Made by a program: the position numbers and the translations under genes. DNA of 63,081 nt, filler included, from Octopus bimaculoides (Eukaryota): NCBI RefSeq assembly GCF_001194135.2. It is 5 parts of 4 records of this genome, joined end to end, with 100 filler letters (N's around TTAATTAATTAA, not from the genome) between each part and the next. Parts side by side here need not be neighbours in the genome. Positions count along the whole stretch, not along the records: positions 1 to 29,150 come from NC_068981.1; 4 more parts are not named here. One strand, 5' to 3'. Positions 12,401 to 23,699 of this stretch are shown in pieces (the stretch's first letter is position 1; the number at the start of each line of letters is the position of its first letter). Under the pieces are notes generated by a model. The model was given only the letters and a program-made list of their open reading frames with translations. It was not told the origin of the DNA and made no database searches.

Positions 12401-12962
12401 GCTTGATACATATATTTACATGGGGCACAAAATATGCAGAATAAAAATGAAAATAAAGAAATATATATAGAAATCATTTAATGTCTTATCTCAGCTGTTT
12501 CAGAAAACTAAGTCTTACGTAATAACCATAATTTACAGGTGATACTTGCATAAAGTCATAGGTATGAAGTTATTATTACACATTTACTCATTGTGTAAAA
12601 TCATTCTATATTTCCTCATCGTGGCTAAATCTCTTTACATATTAAGCATGAAAACATCTTCATAGTATCTTCCCGTAGCGAACGTTCTTTTTCCTCGTCA
12701 TACTTTCTTTCTCTTCCACAATTCCCAGTCCCTCACCCCAACACCTTAAACTTCTTATGTATCCTAAGTCTTTTGGGGGCCGCTGACATTTTCAACTGCC
12801 ATATTATCTGTGGATGGGTATTTAGACCAGCCACGAGGTACCCTTTCAGCAAGCTGGGTTTTAGCCTTATCTTCTCTGATCCTTTTATTTTGCCTTTTGG
12901 ATCTGTTCTTATTCTTCTTATATTGTCTCTTAACTGCCCCCACCAACTCATTATTTCCATTC

Positions 12963-13022
<60 letters not shown>

Positions 13023-14109
13023 CTTTATATTTCTGAGTTTTCATAAAGATTTCTAAATGAGTGTAGGTAAGGTGATGAAATTAAGGGTACTGTCAAGGAA
13101 GTTAATTTAGTTAATAGCTAAAGCTATTTTTAGGCCTAAAAGTACAGGAAACCTTTTCCAAGGCATTGTGCTATTGCACTTGAATTAATAAAAAAAATTA
13201 CGTCCTGGGTTCGATTCATTTGACTAAAACAATTCTTCAAAATGGTGCTCCTGCATGGCCGCAGTCTAATGACTGAAACGAGTAAAATATAAAAGATAAC
13301 AAACACACTTTGGCACTTTTTTCCATCTTCTTTTTCTAACACTACAACCTCTGTTCAACTAATCTAATAGTCTCCACACTGCATGTGCTCTGGCCCAAAA
13401 TATCATTCGCGTTTAACTCAGCATCATTCCTCATATCAAAGGCTAAGCACTCAAACTGCTACCCTGTGAAGTATATTGCGTCTTGTTTATTTCCGGCAGG
13501 CAGTGACCTATAAAATTTTGAACGGATCATCAAGTGCATCGAACTCTCCTATTTTTGAGTGCGTATAATAATAATGTGCGTTTCAACTCCGCCTCTTCCC
13601 TCAACTTGATAAAAGTTCATATAGAATCTTATTAGAAATTAAACTAGTGTACGAACTTCTGCAGAAAAAGCTATCGCTTTTAGTAATCACCGACAATATT
13701 GTAAAACACATATTGTTATCACAGTCTTCAGTTAAAATAGTTGAATAACATGCTTAATTGAATAAACACTCTAGGTATTCTTCTGAAGTTTCTAAAGCAA
13801 ATGTGAACCAACTAAGAATAAGTGTTAAGTGTAAGCTGATGTTTATGGCTGGCAGTTGTGAAAACAAAGACTCTGTACTTCTGTATTGGTATTCGGAATG
13901 ATGCTATCGGTTGTTAAGTGCATAAACGCATATATATATATATATATAAAGTCTTCGGACTAAAGTTGACAGTTTGCATAACAAGACAAGAAAACAATAT
14001 CCCATCCAGAGATAAAAGTTATCTTTTTTTTTAAATCATAAAGAATCGATTAGTTTATGGCTGGGAGATAATGATTTGCTTTCACCACGGCTAAGCCTTC
14101 ACCACGGCT

Positions 14110-14490
14110 AAGCTTCCACCACGGCTTCAAAACAGCTCTGGAACCTGGCGTATACGTTCTTCAACGTGCCCTGAGAAGATCTTCGAACGCTTCATTGATC
14201 TTGGACAGCAGCTTCGCCTTAATGTTGCAAGCAGAACGGTTGATGTCTTTCTCAAAAGCACCCGACACGAAGTAATCGAAGTGCGATTGCACATAGTAAT
14301 CGGGTGATTTGAGAGGCCAGAAATTGGGGCTAGTTTCGTGGAAATTCTCCGACAGCCACTTCCGACGCTTTCTGGAGGTTTGGCTAGGAGCCGAATGCTG
14401 TAGCCACGCATATGGTCTTCCAGCAGCAATCCTCTCGAGCCGAGGATGGACCATAATCTCCAACCTTTATAATGTTCACAAAGCATTGAG
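14110..14490 (-). mobile_element. Tc1/mariner-superfamily transposase remnant, 3' part
   Basis: GRPYAWLQHSAPSQTSRKRRKWLSENF..SPNFWPLKSPD..FDYFVSGAFEKDINRSACNIKAKL corresponds to the QQDSAP...WPPNSPDLNPLDY..WG motifs. Confidence 0.85.
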
Positions 14491-14544
14491 CAGCAGTTAT
14501 CATGTTTTCACTTGCCTTGCCCGTATACGTTTTGTTTCTCGTGA

Positions 14545-14640
14545 AGCTTTAGGTGTTTTCGCTCAATAAGCATTCACAACGCCCGGTCTAGGAATCGAAA
14601 CCGCGAGTCAGCTGTCCTAACCACTGGACCATTGCGCCTA
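14545..14640 (-). mobile_element. tRNA-derived SINE head (family C)
   Basis: Minus strand AGGCGCAATGGTCCAGTGGTTAGG...GGTTTCGATTCCTAGACCGGGCG has A/B-box-like motifs but no complete cloverleaf. Confidence 0.75.
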
Positions 14641-14661
14641 CACACACATATATATATATAT

Positions 14662-14697
<36 letters not shown>

Positions 14698-14726
14698 AGA
14701 GAGAGAGAGAGAGAGANNNNNNNNNN

Positions 14727-14807
<81 letters not shown>

Positions 14808-15069
14808 TTATAGATATAGGGTAAAGGATTATTAATTTATTAATAAAATAATTATTAGAAATTTTACCAAGTAGTTCAGTATGGAAAAAAAAACCATTAT
14901 CGGTAACAACTCATACAAAAATTTTCTTTATAATTATAAACATAATTAAGGGATTAGCAAAAGTTGCTTCACCACATACCGAAATTTAGAGATAGCAGTT
15001 AAAATACTAATTCTTCTTCTACAATATAACTCCACAGATAGCAATACTCGTAACTCACATTGGCAAAAT

Positions 15070-15285
15070 AACTGTGTATTTGTGTGTCTGTGTTTGTCCT
15101 CCATCCACCATCACTTGACAACCGATGTCGGTGTGTTTACGCCCCCGTAACACAACGGTTCGGTAAATGAGACCGATAGAATTAGTACTATGCTTACAAA
15201 GAATATGTTCTGAAGTTGATTTGTTCCACTGAAGGCGGTGACCCACCGTGGCCGCAGTCAAATGACACGTAAAATGAAAGAACAA
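15070..15285 (+). mobile_element. SINE family B, 3' half
   Basis: GTGTTTGTCC..CACTTGACAACCGATGTCGGTGTGTTTACG...GTGGCCGCAGTCAAATGAC. Confidence 0.8.
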
Positions 15286-15769
15286 AGGAATGTATGTATG
15301 TATAAACACACACATGTAAATTAATATATATATATACACACAAAACATTCAAACACTTGAAATAAGATGTCGCTACTGTTAATATCATCTCTGGATAAAA
15401 TTTTAAATTGGTGGTATCAACATCAGTAACATAGGTGGTCCGCGGACAAAAAGCATACTGTTATTTCTTTGTTATCTTGATGCTGTACGGTGGTTTAATT
15501 AAGATTTTAGCTCATATATCTAGCAGGTGTATGCTTTTATGCATCCATTGCATCAGTGCATGTGTATGTTTGTGTGTGCGTGCATACACTTGCAATAAAA
15601 CTAGCAAGTAATAATTACTGAAAGAAGACTCCATGTTAGATGAGCAAGTAAATAGATGTAAGCAGCAAATATATGCGAAATTGCTGAGATCGTTATACCA
15701 CGACGATATAAGCAAATATTGCAGAACGTATGCATATGTACATGTGTGTGTGTATGTATACATATATTT

Positions 15770-15856
<87 letters not shown>

Positions 15857-16356
15857 NNNNNNNNNNNNNNNNNNNNNNNNNNNNNNNNNNNNNNNNNNNN
15901 NNNNNNNNNNNNNNNNNNNNNNNNNNNNNNNNNNNNNNNNNNNNNNNNNNNNNNNNNNNNNNNNNNNNNNNNNNNNNNNNNNNNNNNNNNNNNNNNNNNN
16001 NNNNNNNNNNNNNNNNNNNNNNNNNNNNNNNNNNNNNNNNNNNNNNNNNNNNNNNNNNNNNNNNNNNNNNNNNNNNNNNNNNNNNNNNNNNNNNNNNNNN
16101 NNNNNNNNNNNNNNNNNNNNNNNNNNNNNNNNNNNNNNNNNNNNNNNNNNNNNNNNNNNNNNNNNNNNNNNNNNNNNNNNNNNNNNNNNNNNNNNNNNNN
16201 NNNNNNNNNNNNNNNNNNNNNNNNNNNNNNNNNNNNNNNNNNNNNNNNNNNNNNNNNNNNNNNNNNNNNNNNNNNNNNNNNNNNNNNNNNNNNNNNNNNN
16301 NNNNNNNNNNNNNNNNNNNNNNNNNNNNNNNNNNNNNNNNNNNNNNNNNNNNNNNN

Positions 16357-16402
<46 letters not shown>

Positions 16403-17176
16403 TGTGCGTGTGCGTGTGTGTGTGTACGTATGCGCGTTTGTACGAATTGTCTGAAACTGCATTCATAACTATCAATCGTTTAACCCTATAGACAAGAGCT
16501 GATACTATTTGCATTGCATTCTTATTATCCTGAGGGGACGTCACGAGGTTAAATGTTATTTGGCTTCATTAGCGAGTAAATTACATTTCAAGAGGTTCTA
16601 ATAGATATCATTTCATCATTAAAATAGATTATAATAGCTGCAATGCATGGCTGATATATTTCACTATTGTTTGTCCACCTGGGAATTTTCCTCTCACTCA
16701 TTATCTGTCATCTCTTCGTCTGTATCTTCTCGCCACATTCCCTCCATCCATTTGTGCTATGCCTTACCTTGTCCCGCGTCTCCAACTCTCTTCATATGCA
16801 TTTCTCTTCCCATCATTTCTGTTCAATCTAAGTAACATCTTCATCGTTATCTTCTCCGACTTCTATTCTTATTTAATATTACCATTTCCTCATTTTTTTT
16901 ATTCTTCTCCTTTCTTTTGACATCATTTAATTTTGTCGTATTCTGACATATGTATATATATACATACACACACACACACACATACACNNNNNNNNNNNNN
17001 NNNNNNNNNNNNNNNNNNNNNNNNNNNNNNNNNNNNNNNNNNNNNNNNNNNNNNNNNNNNNNNNNNNNNNNNNNNNNNNNNNNNNNNNNNNNNNNNNNNN
17101 NNNNNNNNNNNNNNNNNNNNNNNNNNNNNNNNNNNNNNNNNNNNNNNNNNNNNNNNNNNNNNNNNNNNNNNNNNNN

Positions 17177-17470
17177 TATAAAGTCGTTGTATATTGTCAA
17201 CTTAATGTGACAATCCCAATAAGGGAATATACTACTGCTGTTTAGCCCTAGGAAGCTGGACCGCTTCCTGTCGGCCTTGACACATTTACTGTGTCCTTAT
17301 GTTTGCGAGGGGGAGACAAACTCCTCCACCCAGCCTAGCCAGCATTCAGGGACATGTTTCTGAGTCTTTGCTCGTCATCAGCCTGAAGTAGCATGACCAG
17401 CTGGTTGAAGAAGTCTGTCAACCTCTCGCAAACATATATAATCACAGTGAAATATATTCACTGGTTACCA
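17177..17470 (-). mobile_element. ~290-nt highly structured non-coding unit carrying a hammerhead (candidate retrozyme or Penelope terminal repeat)
   Basis: A rod spans 17298-17436, with hairpins at 17193-17214, 17250-17269, 17279-17295 and 17445-17463. No ORF; the unit abuts an N gap. Confidence 0.55.
17345..17387 (-). ncRNA. Type I hammerhead ribozyme (minimal stem III, dimer type)
   Basis: Minus strand TTCAGG-CTGATGA-CGAGCAAAGACTCA-GAAAC-AT-GTC-CCTGAA: intact core, GUC site, perfect 6-bp stem I, 3-bp stem II with a C.A base mismatch, palindromic stem III ACATGT. Confidence 0.8.
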
Positions 17471-17487
17471 AAATTAGAAATCTCTCA

Positions 17488-17593
17488 GAGGCTATAGTAG
17501 AAGACACTTGCCCAAGTTGCCACGCAGTAGGACTGAACCCGGAACCATGTGGTTGGTAAGCAAGCTACTTACCAAACACCCACTCCTGCGCCT
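17488..17593 (-). mobile_element. Well-preserved SINE family B head (Pol III A/B boxes)
   Basis: Minus strand AGGCGCAGGAGTGGGTGTTTGGTAAGTAGC...CCGGGTTCAGTCCTACTGCGTGGCAACTTGGGCAAGTGTCTTC, truncated after CTATAGCCTC. Confidence 0.9.
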
Positions 17594-17595
17594 CT

Positions 17596-17790
17596 TCTGT
17601 TTTGCATGTTTCCATCATTAAACTGCGGCCATGCTGGGGCACCGCCCTGGAGAATTTTTTAGTTGAATGAATTGTTTAAGCCTGGTACTTCTCCTATCAG
17701 TTTCTTTTACTGAACAGCTAATTTTCGCGGGCGTAAACACACCATTAAGCGGTGGCGGGAGACATACACATGCAGAAAGGCACAAACACA
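17596..17790 (-). mobile_element. SINE family B, 3' part
   Basis: ACTGCGGCCATGCTGGGGCACCGCC...CCTGGTACTT...AAACACACC. Confidence 0.7.
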
Positions 17791-17803
17791 CATACGCATA
17801 GAA

Positions 17804-17837
<34 letters not shown>

Positions 17838-19214
17838 TTAAATAAGCAGAAAATGAAGAAAACTTTTGATCACCAAACAAACAAATTGACCAACATCGGT
17901 TTAATTATTTTTTAATACAAAACATAACATAACATTTCTTACGGCCGTTTCTGCTACGAATGTCAGTCAGTGCTTACTAAGAAAATTCCGAAATAATATT
18001 CGCCACTTTCATAGCACATTAGATCTAGTACATGGAGCTTCATCACAGTGAATGCAAATACATACAAGAAATAAACGAAGGGAAGAGGAAAGAATAGGAT
18101 CTGGAGATGAGGCCAGAAGGCTCAATATATTACAATCATACCATTTTGCAGCGTGGAGCTTGAAATCGATAGGGAAAAGGGTGAACTAGCAAATGAACTA
18201 GGGAAATAATTTATGGGTTATCTCTTTATAATAGGTGTACCAGGGTGTATGAATAGTAGTAAAATAAAACTAGTGCTAAAGTAAAACAAGAATTGCCAAT
18301 ATGTCTCGAAAAAGAATAGTACTTATGATTTCGTAAATAGGGCTAATTAATATCTATCCAAAAACAAAACCCGTAAAGTGCTTATAATGGTGTACTTACT
18401 GAAATATTCTAGAGACCACCACTTGTTGTCCGTAATGGAATTGACCAAAGTTTGTCCATCTCTACAATTGGTCAGTTATATTTAAACCAAGAGCAAGTTA
18501 AGACTGTTACAGGGGTAGCCGTAAATAAAAGAGAAAAATGAACCAGTAAATATAAGGTGTTGGGGAAGAAGACTATGTCATAAGTGACACGAGGCCACTT
18601 ATGCCCTTCTACAACATCTCAACATAACATAAAATAGAAATAAAAAATAGAAATAAGATAAATACAATCACCCAATACGGCTAAGACTTTTTTACAGTTA
18701 AGGGGAAACTACTAATAGGAGAGGTGCAAACGTGTGGAAATTACCTTCGAAAAATAATGCTGAATCTGACATCCTAAGTAGCAGCAAAATTCCAAGTGGT
18801 GGTAATACTAGACGAACTATTAAATGTCTACAGGTTTCTGAGTGTATTCTGCCTCTCATACATACGAGACAGGGCAAAAGTACAAAAACTCCAAACAGTT
18901 AAACGATTACAAGTTAAAGCACTTGCTAATTACTAACACGGTTACAAACCCCGGGTCCTATCACAGTTTACTAAATCTTACTTAATATATATAATACTAA
19001 ATCTTACTTCATTATATTATATTATATTGTTCACATCACTAAACATATTGTTATATTAATCTTTCCGTGGGTGTAGCGATATTGGGTCTACTACAAAACT
19101 ACACTTCCATTCATACACAATGAGTCTAAGTGTGCTAAAATCTCATGGGAAGTCATCTGCTGCAGAACGGATATTCTTATCCCTTAGACGGTTATTCCAA
19201 CCTGCTTACCTGTA

Positions 19215-19345
19215 TACAGTAGTACCTCGGTTTTCGTACAACTCCGATCATGAATAAATGGTGCCTAATCTCTTGTCTTTTTCATATTCATTTAATACAG
19301 TAGTACCTCGGTTTACGAACGTCTCTGATCACGAATAACTCGTAC
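19215..19345 (+). mobile_element. Two direct copies of a pogo/Tigger-like TIR end
   Basis: TACAGTAGTACCTCGGTTT(T/A)CG at 19215 and 19296. Confidence 0.6.
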
Positions 19346-19420
19346 TTGGCCATCGCCATGATTGACCACTAGCCGCTAAAGCTTTCTTTTTTTATTCTCT
19401 CTTTGTTTATTTTCTAATGT

Positions 19421-19460
19421 TCCTCTCTGTTGAAGAGCGTAGGCTCGAAACGTAAAAGAC
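19421..19460 (+). ncRNA. Degenerate hammerhead-like motif (Penelope-type terminus)
   Basis: TCT-CTGTTGA-A-GAGC-GTAG-GCTC-GAAAC-GTA-AAAG: the core has A6>U and stem I is imperfect. Confidence 0.4.
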
Positions 19461-19599
19461 TTTCTCGCCTTCCCGAGCGTTAAGCTAATACATCATGTGA
19501 TTGGGAAGCAAGCTTCTTACACAACTATACCTATGTGTGTGCGCACGCGTGCATGTATATATGTGTGTGTGGGTGTACGTGCGTGCGTGCGTACTTGCG

Positions 19600-19915
19600 T
19601 GCGTGCAATGCGTAGCTTAGTGGTAAGACGTTTTCTTCCCAACCAGTTTCCAGGCTCAGTCCTTCTGCGTGACTCCTTGGCCTGACTTAGTAGTGCTATT
19701 TGCAGATGTATACTGAAAGAAACCCATCGTATATATAGATAAGTGTGTGCAGGCATGTTTTTCTCTCACCACCGCTTCACAAACAGTGTTACAAGTTCAG
19801 TAAAAGAGACTGATATGTAGCGGACTTTCAACACTTCAATTACTTCAACGAAAACACTTCAAGTCGGTACCCCAGCGTGGCCGCAGTCCAATGACTCAAA
19901 CAAGTAAAAGATAGA
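19600..19915 (+). mobile_element. SINE family B, degenerate
   Basis: GTGGTAAGACG..TTCCCAACCAG..AGGCTCAGTCC head through the CCAGCGTGGCCGCAGTCCAATGACT tail. Confidence 0.75.
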
Positions 19916-19919
19916 CATA

Positions 19920-20900
19920 TTTATCTTCAGCTTGCTTTTCTTCCTCTTTTCTCATCTTTTTTGCTTGTGTTACTTCACCGTTAAAATATCTCCTGATTCA
20001 ACTTCTAAATATCTTCTTCTACTACTTCTACTATTACCACCACCACCACCACCACCACTACCATCACAACTAACTCCTTCTCCTCCCTCATTCACACTAT
20101 TTCCTCCACTGCTTCATTATCATCAAACGACAGTGTAGCTAAAGTTTGCCATTTGTTGTGGTTATTGCTCATGTCAATCAATCATTACTGGTTATTGTCT
20201 TGCTTATTAACAACGTCCTCTTAAATTATTTCATCATCTTCTGCATCGTTGCATCTACTTTCGCTTGAACTTCTTCTTCCTCGTCTTTTATTTCCTTATC
20301 TTCTTTTTCTTCTTCTTATTCTTATTGTTCTTAATATCATCATCATCATCATCATCATCATCATCTGCTTCAACTGTCTAGCATCTTCAGATCTGAATCT
20401 TCTACCACTTTTTTCCAATTTACTCTTTCTTTTCCCTCATCTTCGTCTCCATTCATCATACATTTTCCTCATCCACCTCTTCCACATTTTTACCTTTACA
20501 TTTCTTTTCTTTCTACTTTTCCTTCTCTATTATTTTTTCCTCTCTACTTTTCCTCCTACATTAATTTTTTTCCAGCTTCCTTTTGTCGCCATATTTTCAT
20601 TGACTTCTGTTTTCAATTTCACTTTTTCATCAACTCGTTTTTTTTGGGGGGGGGGGTTTCAGTTTTCATTTCCTTTTCTGAATTTTTGCATCGATCTCCT
20701 TTGCGTAATCATAACGAATATCATAAACTTCTTTCTTCACTTCTGCACATTATTATTCTTTCTCTTCAACCCAGTCACCCATTAACTTCTTTGCGGTTTG
20801 TATCTCTCTTTTTTGTTAATACATTTTTCTCCTTCTCGTTTCCTAGTGATTGAACTGTTACAACCTTCTTAGAGTACTTCCTTACTCAGTGATTTAATCC
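19920..20900. repeat. Pyrimidine-rich low-complexity tract with (ACC)n and (CAT)n
   Basis: Direct reading; it accounts for the hydrophobic spurious ORFs 19932-20853. Confidence 0.8.
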
Positions 20901-23000
20901 GTTATATCGACTTCATAGTGCTTGTTCTCTTTTACTTATTTTACTGATCGTAAAAGTATTAAAGATAAAGATGACCTGGAACGAATTAAAACTAAGAACG
21001 TAAAGATACAAAATACATTACACTCAAAAACAACGGACACTGTTATTTCTTAGTGGTTTTCGACAGAACACTTAATTTTACTTCCCACTGTAGTTGTTTC
21101 CAAACGATGTGCCGCAACGTGCACCAAAACCACACAAAACAGAAAAAANNNNNNNNNNNNNNNNNNNNNNNNNNNNNNNNNNNNNNNNNNNNNNNNNNNN
21201 NNNNNNNNNNNNNNNNNNNNNNNNNNNNNNNNNNNNNNNNNNNNNNNNNNNNNNNNNNNNNNNNNNNNNNNNNNNNNNNNNNNNNNNNNNNNNNNNNNNN
21301 NNNNNNNNNNNNNNNNNNNNNNNNNNNNNNNNNNNNNNNNNNNNNNNNNNNNNNNNNNNNNNNNNNNNNNNNNNNNNNNNNNNNNNNNNNNNNNNNNNNN
21401 NNNNNNNNNNNNNNNNNNNNNNNNNNNNNNNNNNNNNNNNNNNNNNNNNNNNNNNNNNNNNNNNNNNNNNNNNNNNNNNNNNNNNNNNNNNNNNNNNNNN
21501 NNNNNNNNNNNNNNNNNNNNNNNNNNNNNNNNNNNNNNNNNNNNNNNNNNNNNNNNNNNNNNNNNNNNNNNNNNNNNNNNNNNNNNNNNNNNNNNNNNNN
21601 NNNNNNNNNNNNNNNNNNNNNNNNNNNNNNNNNNNNNNNNNNNNNNNNNNNNNNNNNNNNNNNNNNNNNNNNNNNNNNNNNNNNNNNNNNNNNNNNNNNN
21701 NNNNNNNNNNNNNNNNNNNATATATATATATATATATATATATATATACGTATGTTCCTGTATACATACAGTGTACACATATGAATTTTTATGTGACTGT
21801 TTATGTGAGGTGGGATTGTTATGCTTGCAAATGCATGTATTTGCGAATATGCATTGGATATTCAAACAGCGACACATTCAGGATGTCGGTTAATTTTAAA
21901 ATGTATATTATTTGCAATTGAGTTGACATATGGGCGTGAACATATATATAATTTTATGTGTGAATATATCTATATTTATATATTATCATATTAGCACGGA
22001 TATGGAATTGCGTGTTTGTGTACGTTAAAAACATGCATACACGAACACTGTGTTGTATATGTCATGTATGTGCATATATATATGTGTATGTGTATGTGAG
22101 CATGGAAGTGGCAAATATGTCCATCGCCTATGTTGTGTTGGGAAACGCGAAATTGATGTAAAATCGGCCATCCGTGTCTTAATATGTGCACGTGTATAAA
22201 TCTAAATATTTCCTCATTTATTCTGAAATTCTCTGAGAGTTGGCTGTCGTGTGCTAGCTTTACATGAATACCTGTGCTTACTCTTAAAGTGAGATCACAC
22301 AAACGGGAGTTCTATATTGTTCAGTCAGAGAAGTATTTCCGTTCTCCATCTTGCTACATCCTTTGTTGTTTCATGTTTCCAATCCGAAATAAATAGCTGG
22401 CTGGCGAACGGATGCCCCAGCACGCTTAGAAACTTTTAGTTTCAACTAAATGATTTCAACTCACTGAATTAAATTATCCACACTCTAGGCCGTTACTGAC
22501 ACCTTTCCTCCTGTTAGCTATCGCAATAACGCATGTATGTACGTATGTATTTATGTATATATGTATGTATGTCAGTGTAAATATGTACATGTATCTGTTA
22601 TGTATCTAAATGTATTTATTTATATTACCATATNNNNNNNNNNNNNNNNNNNNNNNNNNNNNNNNNNNNNNNNNNNNNNNNNNNNNNNNNNNNNNNNNNN
22701 NNNNNNNNNNNNNNNNNNNNNNNNNNNNNNNNNNNNNNNNNNNNNNNNNNNNNNNNNNNNNNNNNNNNNNNNNNNNNNNNNNNNNNNNNNNNNNNNNNNN
22801 NNNNNNNNNNNNNNNNNNNNNNNNNNNNNNNNNNNNNNNNNNNNNNNNNNNNNNNNNNNNNNNNNNNNNNNNNNNNNNNNNNNNNNNNNNNNNNNNNNNN
22901 NNNNNNNNNNNNNNNNNNNNNNNNNNNNNNNNNNNNNCATACATATTTATATGAATATATGTATAGATGTATACTTACATACATATATATCTTACTTATG

Positions 23001-23038
<38 letters not shown>

Positions 23039-23699
23039 AGATAAATAAATAAAATTGGTCAGTAGAATGTATTCGTGCAAAATAGACAAATGCGTGTATA
23101 TTAAATGCCATACAATAAAAATTCTTGAGTTATAAAAATATCTAAATCTCTAGAGGATGTCACACAATTACCAAATCATAATTTAGATCATCTACGCATG
23201 AGAAGTGGCTATAAATATGTGTATGTGTGTATGTGTGCACGCGTGTGTATGTTTACGCAATATATAGTTATGTGTGTGCATCTATACACATACAAACACA
23301 CTAGTTGTCACCAACATACATGTCTATGTATGAGTGTTTGCATATGTACGTACATATTCTGTGTGTGTTTGTTGGTATGCATATGTACGTATACATTTTG
23401 TGAGTGTGTGTGGTGTGGTGTGTGTGTGTGCTTGCGTTTGTGTTTTATACAATGTTATTATATTTATGGCAATGCTGAAAAAAGACAATGCAGTATCTTT
23501 GCTGAAGTAACTATCTAATATATAAGCCTATAGTTCCAGCTGACTGCTCAAAATCTAAGCTTACAATGCACTTACAACATGAAGCAATAGCAAAGATCTA
23601 CACTTCATATCATAAAACAATACTAGACACAAAACGTTAGTGGATAACATATTTTTATCCCACAATGTTACTAGATACATTTAGATGATTAGTAAGAAA

